Assembly (NCBI GenBank): GCA_002269645.1
Contig: NIVC01000152.1
Span: 62,001-126,000, forward strand
Source of the DNA: Macrostomum lignano
Lineage: Eukaryota
Reading direction: 5' to 3'
Length of the DNA: 64,000 bases
How positions within the stretch are numbered: position 1 is the stretch's first letter; the number at the start of each line of letters is the position of its first letter. A model generated the notes under the pieces. The model did not search any database and was not told the origin of the DNA. It saw only the letters and a program-made list of their open reading frames with translations. A program made the translations under genes and the position numbers. Shown piece after piece: positions 10,879 through 31,155 of the stretch.

Positions 10879-12207
10879 TCAGGTGAAGAAGTTTTCGCCG
10901 CTTCGCTTTCCGAACCTGCGGATTGATTGAAGCAAAGGGTTGAGCAGTTGAGCGTTTTAGTAAACTGCAATTTAATAACTGGCTTGTGAATAATTTGTAT
11001 CTATTTGCTTAGCTCCATGACATGGCCAGACAATCACCGCGTCGTTTGGATCTAGCCTGATACATTGGTTAAATTATGTCACTATCTTGCTGTTGCTATT
11101 TTTAGCTCATATACATGACGCTGAGCCAGCCAATCGCAGCACGATTTGGATAGAGAATTTAAGTAACTATCGTACTGAGGCTATTTTTAGCTCATATCGT
11201 CCAGCCTAGAGCCAGCCAATGGCGGCACAGCTTGGATAGAGAGGTTTATTCCGTCACTATCTGGCTGTTGTTATTTTTAGATCGTTGTAAAAAAAGGTTT
11301 TCGTATCGGCAATTCGTTTCATTTATTTTTTGTTCTGTCTTTAGATTCACTTCCGGAATCGTGACCTGCTTCCGGTGCTTTCAGATAGCTTTTGAGTTTC
11401 TCAGGCTGAATTTTTAGAAAAATTCCGTCGGACTTGAGAGGATCCATTAATCCAGTTAACTGGATTATAAATTAACATTAATACAGCTCCTCCATTTACC
11501 CATGAGCTTACCTGGGACGCAGCACCAGCTCCATGTAACTGCGCAGGTTTTTCATGTAGAAGCGCAGGCGCTCCGAGTCCTCCTGCTGGGTGCCGGGCGG
11601 TGTCGCCGACATGGCCAGCAACTCCTTCATTACCTGGAGCTCCGCAGCTTCGTCAGGATAGCCCTGCGGCTGACGATGGGGCATTGGACTGACTGACTGA
11701 CTGACTGACTGACTGACTGACTGACTGACTGACTGACTGACTGACTGACTGACTGACTGACTGACTGACTGACTGACTGACTGACTGACTGACTGACTGA
11801 CTGACTGACTGACTGACTGACTGACTGACTGACTTGAGTGGGTGGGTGACTGACTGACTGACTGACTGACTTGAGTGGGTGGGTGACTGACTGACTGACT
11901 GACTGACTTGAGTGGGTGGGTGACTGACTGACTGACTGACTTGAGTGGGTGGGTGACTGACTGACTGACTGACTGACTTGAGTGGGTGGGTGACTGACTG
12001 ACTGACTGACTCGAGTGAGACTGACTGACAAACTGACCCAAACTGACCTGACCTGACCTGACCTGACCTGACCTGACCTGACGTGATCTGACCTGACCTG
12101 ACCTGACCTGCCCCTGACCTTACCTGGAGTGGCAAGGCTCGGCAGCAGCAGTTGATGAAGCAGATACCCAGAATGCTCACAAGCAGTAGTGCTCTGCTGT
12201 CTACCAT
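10879..12207 (-). CDS. npf: Neuropeptide F/Y precursor, ~92 aa; complement(join(10879..10915,11512..11669,12124..12207)); exon-2 acceptor uncertain
   Basis: Signal peptide MVDSRALLLVSILGICFINCCCRA. Mature end LRFYMKNLRSYMELVLRPR|F-GKR, with Gly amidation donor and dibasic site. A phase-2 intron lies in the Arg codon before F, the position conserved in NPY/NPF genes. Confidence 0.9.
11688..12120. repeat. (TCAG)n and (GTCAG)n microsatellites filling NPF intron 1
   Basis: Pure GACT tract 11688-11832, then a mixed tract, then a (GACCT)n tract next to the donor. Confidence 0.95.
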
Positions 12208-13014
12208 GATTATTGCTTTGAGTTTGCCTCGCAAAATTTTTTTTACAAAAAAACAGTTTTTTCTTTGGTGAAGGATTTTCGGTGTCTTACGGGTGAAATC
12301 GAAAAATTCACAGATCTGTTCGCCTTTTATGGCCACCCGCTCGCCCCCCTCTTTTAATCCGCTTCCCAATCTCCCCAAAGTGGGCGGTGCAACTCCTTTT
12401 TTAAAGATTTACCGCTTGGCAAAGTTGCAATTAAAAAATTGAAAGGTTTTTTGAGCAGAAGAAATACAGTTTTTTCTATAATCCTGTTGTTTGTTTTTTG
12501 CAAATCCTACAAATTTTCAGCCTAAAAAGACAAAAAAAGCAGTGTCTGCCAACCAGCTAGACTACTTGGTAATACATGCATGAGTAGTCAGTAGCACATA
12601 TTTTCTTCAAAAATAACGGCAAAGGCAGAAGAGAATGCAATATTTATTAACTAGATTTCAAAAGAATATATAAGCCTAAAGCGACAAAGTTTTATTGCGC
12701 ATCAAAGTTGCATATTAATATTAATGACGGGGCTATTTAATACCTATAATGAAGCTACTCGTAAATTGTAAAACCGAAGACACCCTGAGACTGTTGGGGG
12801 GTCTGGCGACTATTGACTGCACTGCTACAAATTTATTTAGCGTATCTACAGAACACAAAGTTTATATTTAGTAAACTCCCGTGACAGCCCCTGTCGCTCA
12901 AAATCCTCTTTCACAATCCGTGTTGGACAGGCTGACTGGCTGACTCCTAGGATTCAGAGCTGACCTGCGAGACAGTCATTCAGATCTGACACCGACGACC
13001 TGAGGGTAGTGAGT

Positions 13015-13462
13015 TAATGAGTGAGATCATGAGTGCGTTCATGAGTGAGATCATGCTTGAGATCATGCGTGAGTTTATGAGTGAGATCATGAGTGAGATC
13101 ATGAGTGAGATCATGAGTGAGATCATGAGTGAGATCATGAGTGAGATCATGAGTGAGATCATGACTGAGATCATGACTGAGATCATGACTGAGATCATGA
13201 GTGAGATCATGAGTGAGATCATGAGTGAGATCATGAATGAGATCATGAGTGAGTGAGATCATGAGTGAGATCATGAGTGAGATCATGAGTGAGATCATGA
13301 GTGAGATCATGAGTGAGATCATGAGTGAGATCATTAGTGAGATCATTAGTGAGATCATGAGTGAGATCATGAGTGAGATCATTAGTGAGATCATTAGTGA
13401 GATCATGAATGAGATGATGAGTGAGATGGTGAGTGAGATCATGAGTGAGATCATGAGTGAGT
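13015..13462. repeat. 12-bp minisatellite (gagtgagatcat) just 3' of the RhoGEF stop
   Basis: About 36 units, each with a TCATGA palindrome. Produces the SEIM/ISLM ORF artefacts. Confidence 0.95.
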
Positions 13463-13488
13463 TATAAGCGAGTGGCGATCCCACCAGC

Positions 13489-21149
<7,661 letters not shown>

Positions 21150-21960
21150 TTTGTTTTGAAGCAGAAAAAGCACACAGGGCAAAGCGCAGGATTTCTACAG
21201 TCCGGAGATGCGGTGGCGGGAGGCTAAAGCTTATGGATAGGGGGACGCAAGGGTTGCGGGTTAAAAAAGGAGAAGCAACTGCAGTCTTCTCGGCCTCTGA
21301 TTGGCTGTCTCTCCCGTTATCTACGGTCACGCGCTGAGCCAAGGCGTTCTAAAGCTGGCATCTGGAATGCTGACTCTACTGCAGCCAAAAACCCGATTGA
21401 GGCTGACGCTGTCCTGTCTATCTCCCTTTGTCAATCGCTAGCAACAGTGGGATTTCATGTTTTCAACGTCAGCCTCAATTAGATCGAAAATGAGTTGGTA
21501 ACTCCAGGTTGCGGTTTTAGAATTCCTTGGCTACGCTTGTGCCGTGCCTCGTCGCCTCTCTCTCTAAACCAACGTCAACCTCTGGTGTGTGAGAAATCCA
21601 GGATCTGAACTGCGATTTCAAGCCTCTGCCCGACTCTCCCAGATCCTCCCTGATTCTCCCTACCTACCCCCCCCCCCTAGTTCTTTCTCTCTCCCACCGC
21701 GTAGCTCTACCCCTGCTCACCTGACAGGCAAGTGATCAATCATCGCCACCCCCTGATAAGGCGCGCACGGTTTGGAGCCGGTCTGCTTAAAGCTGGCGGA
21801 ATATTTTAGTAATAAAAGGAATCTCAACTTCTCCACTTTTATCAGAGTTGGCTATCAGGGTGGGCGCTCTCTGGGCAGAGTGCAGCTGTGTTGAGCTGTG
21901 TTGAGAGGGCACGCAGCTCTGCTAATCTTATACCTGCGATTGGACTGTCCAATGCTGTTC

Positions 21961-23056
<1,096 letters not shown>

Positions 23057-23419
23057 CTAGCCCGCTTTCTTTAGCAGAATCTTAACGCCTGGTCCAGTCT
23101 AGGTAATAGATCGAAAATCGATAAATCACTGTTTATTCTTACTGGTTTTCCTATATTTCAATTTGACATTTGAATGACTTAGTACTTTTCAATAGTACTT
23201 TGTTAAGTGAAAAATGTCATATGATTGCCTTGAGTAGAAATTCAAATCGATCGACCGGTCAGACTGTCATGAATGAGAGCCAGCTTGACCGCTGTCTGGC
23301 GTTCTCGCTTGGTCGTCATGGAAACTATAAAATTGGCCAATGTGAGTGGGTAAATTTTGAATAATGAGATTTTGAATCTGCTATTTTTGGAGAGGAAGCT
23401 AAGATTCGCGTCATGCAGG

Positions 23420-23790
23420 AAGGAGAGAGATTCGCACTGGAAGGAGAGAGATTCGCACTGGAAGGAGAGAGATTCGCACTGGAAGGAGAGAGATTTGCAC
23501 TGGAAGGAGAGAGATTCGCACTGGAAGGAGAGAGATTCGCACTGGAAGGAGAGAGATTCGCACTGGAAGGAGAGAGATTCGCGTCATACAGGAAGGAGAG
23601 AGATTCGCACTGGAAGGAGAGAGATTTGCACTGGAAGGAGAGAGATTCGCACTGGAAGGAGAGAGATTCGCACTGGAAGGAGAGAGATTCGCACTGGAAG
23701 GAGAGAGATTTGCACTGGAAGGAGAGAGATTCGCACTGGAAGGAGAGAGATTCGCACTGGAAGGAGAGAGATTCGCACTGGAAGGAGAGA
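23420..23790. repeat. 21-bp purine-rich minisatellite (ggaaggagagagattcgcact)
   Basis: About 17 units. Confidence 0.95.
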
Positions 23791-23894
23791 GCTATCCCTA
23801 CGCTCGTAACCTCTGATGAACCCGCGGAGTGCATGGGAGAGTGAGACATGAGAGACAGCTAGGCGACCTCCCCCGGGTTGCCCAGGAGCCTCAC

Positions 23895-24410
23895 ACTGTC
23901 TCACACTCATCTCACACTCTCCCTCTCACTCCCATCTCACACTTTCCCTCTCACTCCCATCTCACACTGTCCCTCTCACTCTCATCTCACACTCTCCCTC
24001 TCACTCCTATCTCACACTCTCCCTCTCACTCTCATCTCACACTCTCCCTCTCACTCTCATCTCACACTTTCCCTCTCACTCCCATCTCACACTGTCCCTC
24101 TCACTCTCATCTCACACTCTCCCTCTCACACTCATCTCACACTCTCCCTCTCACTCCCATCTCACACTTTCCCTCTCACTCCCATCTCACACTGTCCCTC
24201 TCACTCTCATCTCACACTCTCCCTCTCACTCCTATCTCACACTCTCCCTCTCACTCTCATCTCACACTCTCCCTCTCACTCTCATCTCACACTCTCCCTC
24301 TCACTCCCATCTCACACTGTCCCTCTCACTCTCATCTCACACTCTCCCTCTCACTCCCATCTTACACTGTCCCTCTCAATCCCATCCCACACTCTCCCTC
24401 TGGCTCCCCA
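23895..24410. repeat. CT/CA-rich minisatellite (ctcacactctccctctcactcccat and variants)
   Basis: Tandem ~25-bp units. Confidence 0.9.
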
Positions 24411-24984
24411 TCTCACTTACTTTTTTCTCTCTACTCCCCAACCCTCAATCTTCTATGTAAGTACAATTAATAGTTATATAAACCAGTCTTAGAAAAGCTT
24501 AACAAAGAAGTGCAGCATAAAAGGAAAAAAGTCTACAAAAGCCGAGAGAGCTGAAAAAACTTAAGCAGACAATGCAGCTCAAACTAACTTTACGCGTGCT
24601 GGAATTCTTTTTTCTTCAACAGTAAGGCAAACTTTGGAGAAAAGAGGAACACTTGGTTCAACCGCACGTAATATCCCAGAGATTGGTGTCTAATTCTAGT
24701 TGATTATTGGCGATGCAGTCAAGGACTGCTTAAGTGGCTATCTGCTAGCTACTATAGGGAAAATTGTCAGTTGAGGTCAAATGAGGTCAAATTGGGCTCG
24801 TTAATTCATCAAGCATTGATTCTATGCTTTGGAGAGTTCCTATTCTAGCAGCACAGTAATATGGCACAAATTACCATGAATTTAATAATAATGGAGAGGC
24901 TAACTTACTCCAGTTGCTTATGGATGTCCGTGAACTGGATTTGAAAACGTCTTCAGTTGATCAACGCTACTAGGGTTCCTAATG

Positions 24985-27410
24985 ATCTAGGGTGTCTGTG
25001 ATCTAGTGTGACTGTGATCTAGGGTGACTGTGATCTAGTGTGACTGTGATCTAGTGTGACTGTGATCTAGGGTGTCTGTGATCTAGGGTGTCTGTGATCT
25101 AGGGTGACTGTGATCTAGGGTGACTGTGATCTAGGGTGACTGTGATCTAGGGTGTCTGTGATCTAGTGTGTCAATGATCTAGGGTGACTGTGATCTAGGG
25201 TGTCTGTGATCTAGGGTGACTGTGATCTAGGGTGACTGTGATCTAGGGTGTCTGTGATCTAGTGTGTCAATGATCTAGGGTGACTGTGATCTAGGGTGTC
25301 TGTGATCTAGGGTGTCTGTGATCTAGTGTGACTGTGATCTAGTGTGACTGTGATCTAGTGTGTCTATGATCTAGTGTGACTGTGATCTAGTGTGACTGTG
25401 ATCTAGTGTGACTGTGGTCTAGTGTGACTGTGATCTAGTGTGACTGTGATCTAGTGTGACTGTGATCTAGTGTGACTGTGGTCTAGTGTGACTGTGATCT
25501 AGGGTGTCTGTGATCTAGTGTGACTGTGATCTAGGGTGTCTGTGATCTAGTGTGACTGTGGTCTAGTGTGACTGTGATCTAGGGTGTCTGTGATCTAGGG
25601 TGTCTGTGATCTAGGGTGTCTGTGATCTAGGGTGTCTGTGATCTAGGGTGTCTGTGATCTAGTGTGACTGTGATCTAGTGTGACTGTGATCTAGTGTGTC
25701 TATGATCTAGTGTGACTGTGATCTAGTGTGACTGTGATCTAGTGTGACTGTGGTCTAGTGTGACTGTGATCTAGTGTGACTGTGATCTAGTGTGACTGTG
25801 ATCTAGTGTGACTGTGGTCTAGTGTGACTGTGATCTAGGGTGTCTGTGATCTAGGGTGACTGTGATCTAGGGTGTCTGTGATCTAGTGTGACTGTGGTCT
25901 AGTGTGACTGTGATCTAGGGTGTCTGTGATCTAGGGTGTCTGTGATCTAGGGTGACTGTGATCTAGTGTGACTGTGATCTAGTGTGACTGTGATCTAGGG
26001 TGACTGTGATCTAAGGTGTCTGTGATCTAGTGTGACTGTGATCTAGGGTGTCTGTGATCTAGGGTGTCTGTGATCTAGTGTGACTGTGATCTAGGGTGAC
26101 TGTGATCTAGGGTGACTGTGATCTAGTGTGACTGTGATCTAGTGTGACTGTGATCTAGGGTGACTGTGATCTAGTGTGACTGTGATCTAGTGTGACTGTG
26201 ATCTAGGGTGACTGTGATCTAGTGTGACTGTGATCTAGGGTGACAGTGATCTAGGGTGTCTGTGATCTAGGGTGTCTGTGATCTAGGGTGTCTGTGATCT
26301 AGTGTGACTGTGATCTAGGGTGACTGTGATCTAGTGTGTCTATGATCTAGTGTGACTGTGATCTAGGGTGACTGATCTAGGGTGTCTGTGATCTAGTGTG
26401 TCTATGATCTAGTGTGACTGTGATCTAGGGTGACTGATCTAGGGTGTCTGTGATCTAGTGTGTCTATGATCTAGTGTGACTGTGATCTAGGGTGTCTGTG
26501 ATCTAGGGTGACTGTGATCTAGGGTGTCTGTGATCTAAGGTGTCTGTGATCTAGGGTGTCTGTGATCTAGGGTGTCTGTGATCTAGGGTGACTGTGATCT
26601 AGGGTGTCTGTGATCTAGGGTGACTGTGATCTAGTGTGTCTATGATCTAGTGTGACTGTGATCTAGGGTGACTGTGATCTAGGGTGTCTGTGATCTAGGG
26701 TGACTGTGATCTAGTGTGTCAATGATCTAGGGTGACTGTGATCTAGGGTGACTGTGATCTAGGGTGTCTGTGATCTAGGGTGTCTGTGATCTAGGGTGTC
26801 TGTGATCTAGTGTGTCGATGATCTAGGGTGACTGTGATCTAGGGTGTCTGTGATCTAGGGTGTCTGTGATCTAGGGTGACTGTGATCTAGTGTGTCAATG
26901 ATCTAGGGTGACTGTGATCTAGTGTGACTGTGATCTAGGGTGTCTGTGATCTAGGGTGTCTGTGATCTAGGGTGTCTGTGATCTAGGGTGTCTGTGATCT
27001 AGTGTGACTGTGATCTAGGGTGTCTGTGATCTAGGGTGTCTGTGATCTAGGGTGTCTGTGATCTAGAGTGACTGTGATCTAGGGTGTCTGGGATCTACAG
27101 TGTCTGTGATCTAGGGTGTCTGTGATCTAGGTTGTCTGTGATCTAGGGTGTCTGTGATCTAGTGTGTCTGTGATCTAGGGTGACTGTGATCTAGGGTGTC
27201 TGTGATCTAGTGTGACTGTGATCTAGTGTGACTGTGATCTAGGGTGTCTGTGATCTACAGTGTCTGTGATCTAGAGTGGCTGTGATCTAGTGTGACTGTG
27301 ATCTAGGGTGTCTGTGATCTACAGTGTCTGTGATCTAGAGTGGCTGTGATCTAGGGTGTCGGTGATCTAGGGTGTCGGTGATCTAGGGTGCCTGTGATCT
27401 AGGATGTCTT
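24985..27410. repeat. 16-bp satellite (ctagggtgtctgtgat / ctagtgtgactgtgat), 2.4 kb
   Basis: About 150 units in a few variant types. Confidence 0.97.
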
Positions 27411-28194
27411 CAATTCTGATGCAGGGTGTCTTAAAGCCTGATCGAGGATGTCTGATTTTTGATAGGGTATCATTACATTAAGCTTTTCCTAAAGATATCT
27501 TCGGACACTGATCTCTGGTGTTGCAGTCGGGTGTCCGTTAGGCGCTCACTCTGTGCTGTCCAGTAGCCTAGCAGAGCCTACAGAAGTATTATGATATCCT
27601 ATAAATAATATTAATAAACCTATAGCTTGCGGTTTAACCCGGGGTAGAAAAACAACAGAGCCACACAGGGAGAGCATAAATTAATTTGGCATTGCTACAG
27701 GCAGGCAGAAGGCCAGTCACGAATGCCGCTCCAAAAACGACTACGCATAGCTGTTCACACTAGTGAGAAAAAACCAGTTTCAGCAGTCACTGCATGGCCG
27801 CCCAGCTGTTGCTCCTGTTGAGGCAAACTTCTGAGCGATCAAATTCAATTCAACTTACGCATAGCAAGTATGCTTGGTATTGTTGGTACGCAATAAATCC
27901 AGTTAGAGAAAACTCTCAGTGAGTAACTATAATTCCTACGAGTACTTACATACCTGTGTAACAACTAAAATTACATTAGAAAGCAATTGCAAACCGGCTT
28001 CTCTTTCTCTGAGTCTGCTTCTTTTGCGAAAGCAATAGTTATTTAATTAGCCTCGTAAAAAGCACTTCAATCCAGGGAGCAACAGAACATCTGACAGTTT
28101 TTCTCTTAGCCTAGTTACTTTAAGTAGAATTGCGTGACAATAAATAGCTAAAAAAAGTTTGCATCTATGAAATTAACTTGTTTCAGGTCGTTGA

Positions 28195-28612
28195 TTCAGG
28201 GTGTCTTTGGGCTTTGATTTAGGGTGTCTTTGGGCTTTAATTTAGGGTGTCTTTGGGCTTTGATTCAGGGTGTCTTTGGGCTTTGATTTAGGGTGTCTTT
28301 GGGCTTTAATTTAGGGTGTCTTTGGGCTTTGCTCTAGGGTGTCTTTGGGCTTTGCTCTAGGGTGTCTTTGGGCTTTGCTCTAGGGTGTCTTTGGGCTTTG
28401 CTCTAGGGTGTCTTTGGGCTTTGCTCTAGGGTGTCTTTGGGCTTTGCTCTAGGGTGTCTTTGGGCTTTGCTCTAAGGTGTCTTTGGGCTTTGCTCTAGGG
28501 TGTCTTTGGGCTTTGAGCTAGGGTGTCTTTGGGTTTTGAGCTAGGGTGTCTTTGGGATTTGCTCTAGGGTGTCTTTGGGCTTTGAGCTAGGGTGTTTTAG
28601 TTTTAATTTAGG
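28195..28612. repeat. 23-bp minisatellite (ctagggtgtctttgggctttgct)
   Basis: About 17 units. Shares ctagggtgtct with the 16-bp satellite. Confidence 0.95.
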
Positions 28613-28659
28613 GTGGAACGATAAGCACGTCCGACTTTCACTACGACCTCCAGTTTGAT

Positions 28660-28870
28660 TTCGTGCAAGGTCAGATTAATTTGGGGCCATGCCTGATGAT
28701 TAGAAAGTCAACAAAGGGCCGCTGTACACCCTGTGAGAGCGCGTGTGTGAGTGCTGTGCCTGCGTACAGTATTGGCGCGCTTGCATGTGCTCAGGAGCCA
28801 GCGGAATGGGCAGAATTGCCGTCAGCGCTGGTTGTGAGACGATGTCGCCGTTGCGCCAGGGTGCTCACAG
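28660..28870 (+). mobile_element. Dispersed repeat family A copy (SINE-like, structured)
   Basis: tgatgattagaaagtca..ccgctgtacaccctgtg..gtacagtattgg..cagcggaatgggcagaattg..gtcagcgctggttgtg is shared with 33440-33600. Confidence 0.7.
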
Positions 28871-29487
28871 ACTTCCTTATAAGTACAAAGTCGTGTTAGT
28901 ATAAATCTAAAGTGTCTTACTTGAACTTGTTATAAGAGACCTTTTAGCCAGATCTATGTTTTGCTAATCCTAGTTGCTAGTTACGGTTCTCAATATCCTA
29001 GCCATTAACGGTGGACTCTGCAGCAGGCAGTAACAGAAGCGGTTGTTTAATGGTTGATATAGATAGACATAGGCATCAGTTCTGTCTAAGGACTCAAGAA
29101 ACTCCACCCTGCAACTGAGCTGATCCGATACTCTCCTGCTCAAAATATATTGTCCAGGCTTTTGAGACTAAAATTTTCTAAACTGGAATTTTCCGACTGT
29201 CTGTGTGAATTTTAGTGACGAATAGATGCACAGGTTACATGTTAAATTGGCAGCTACATGTTAAATCCAGAAAGATTTTTCTCCTTCGTGTTGAGAAAAA
29301 AAGCAAATCATAGCAAAATGCGTTTAGAGAACACGGGTCGTAAATAATATGATGACATTTTCTAAGCCAGTTAACCCCCAGCCAGCAATTGAATTGAGTC
29401 TTGAGGACACTCAAGCTATTGAAGACTTGCTTTTCACTGTCTATGGCCCAAAAGGGTCTGTGAAGCAGTTTGAGAATGGAGAGATGA

Positions 29488-30500
29488 CGCACGGCTAAAG
29501 AGTGCAGCAACGACCAAGACACGAGTGGGCTGAGCGAAGCGCACGAACGTCTATGGTCTTTGCTGCACTCAAAAGCCGTGCGTCGACATCATTTGCAGGA
29601 CAAATTTCTGTTTTATGTCCTTTATTGCTTGGGCGAAAGAGGCCAAGAGCACCTGCAGCATCTGACACGACGAGATGCATTGGAGCTGCACACCGACTCT
29701 GATGGTAAGGAGTTCTACTGTCTCCCGCCTCTTCCGTCTAAGAATAAGTCCGCGGATCCAGTGAGAAGTAAAGCAAAACCCGACAACAAGCAGGCAAGGA
29801 TTTACGATACTGAAAATGTACGACGGTATCTAGACCTTCTACCAGTTGAAACCAAGGATAACCACCTATTTCCACGGCCACTGGCAAACTCTGCGAACGG
29901 AAGTCCTACGTATTCAACGAAGCAGAATCGCGGTGTCAACTATCTTGTTCGATTCATGCATAACTTGAGCAAGAAGGCTGGGCTATCAAAAATGTATTCC
30001 AACCATTGCACCAGGTAGTACGACTAATGTTTTTGATCTCGAAAATAACAGATCTTAGATCTTTAATTTATCTGAGAGAAAACATTGTAAACTACATGCA
30101 TTAGTAATGTAATCATCATTGATCATATTTTCTTAGGGTCACCAGGATTACGGATCTAGAGGCCGCGGGACATAGCATGGCCGACATTATGTCCATCACC
30201 GGCCAGACATCTGAACGAACGGCACGCAGGTACCTTACAAAACGTTTGCAAGCGAGCAGCAAGCGAGCATCTCTGCAAGCGAGCAGCTATGCTGTGACGT
30301 CGGCATTGGCACTGCAAACTAAAGAAGAAGAAGTTAAAGGTGACCAGGCCGGACACGTAGGACCAAGCGATTCTGGGGCCAGTGAGCTGGATGTCAATGT
30401 GGTGTCAAACATGCAAATCACCGGCGTTAATCAGGAACATCTGGCGATGGCGAAGTTTAGCTTTAACAACTGCACCTTCTCCGAATGCAAATTCGTTTGA
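29488..30500 (+). mobile_element. Crypton-type (DUF3504-like) tyrosine recombinase; join(<29488..30014,30137..30500); 5' part unresolved or degraded
   Basis: LQDKFLFYVLYCLGERGQEHL (catalytic R box), LFPRP, and NYLVRFMHNLSKKAGLSKMYSNHCTR|VTRITDLEAAGHSMADIMSITGQTSERTARRY (HxxR...Y). The tail FSFNNCTF is typical of this family. The GT-AG intron 30015-30136 restores the frame. Confidence 0.85.
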
Positions 30501-31155
30501 TAAATAAGACAGCTAATGAAATGAAGCTTAATATGACTTGATAGGACTTTACCATAATTAATTTAAAATAAATTGTTGCTTCCTTTGTTTGGTTTGCCCT
30601 TTAAATTAAAATTTCCGTTTTGTGACATTTCGATCAATGAAAAGCCAGTCTTTAATGGCTTGATTCTCCCGCTAGCCATTGAATTGCTGGTTCCTGGGCT
30701 TTGTTGTTTAAAAATGTTGTTCATATTGTTTGCAAACTATTATATACTCGTAGATCAACTTGTAGTTCAACCACGGACTAAAAACAAACGCTTGCTGGAT
30801 TTGCAAGATTTGCTTGCTCATGATAATACCTTGCCGGGGTTGAATAACAAGCACTCACCTGACTAAGCAAGGTTTATCATTGGACAATGAGGCAAGAGCT
30901 TAGATCCCCTCTTAATCCCTGACCAATGCCACTTAACTGCTCAGAGACTTCCAGCACAATTCGCTCTGATCAAGTTGCTTATCTGCTCCTTTTATCCGAC
31001 AACAAAAAAGAAATTCTTCAGCAATTCGACAACAATGCCAGTCGATATGCCATCGACTGCAGGTCTCAAGTGACAAACCTTTTCTTTCGGAAGATAAATA
31101 CCCTGTCTGATTGTCCATGCTGGCTAGCAGGCTGCTCAAACTTTGTCGAATAATC

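Noticed and set aside
28195-28612. Interstitial telomeric repeat
   Set aside because: TTAGGG or CTAGGG occurs only once per 23-bp unit; there is no (TTAGGG)n run.
28672-28692. Hammerhead-like CTGATGA-TTA-GAAA-GTC in repeat family A
   Set aside because: Stems II and III cannot form, and other copies alter GAAA; treated as coincidental.
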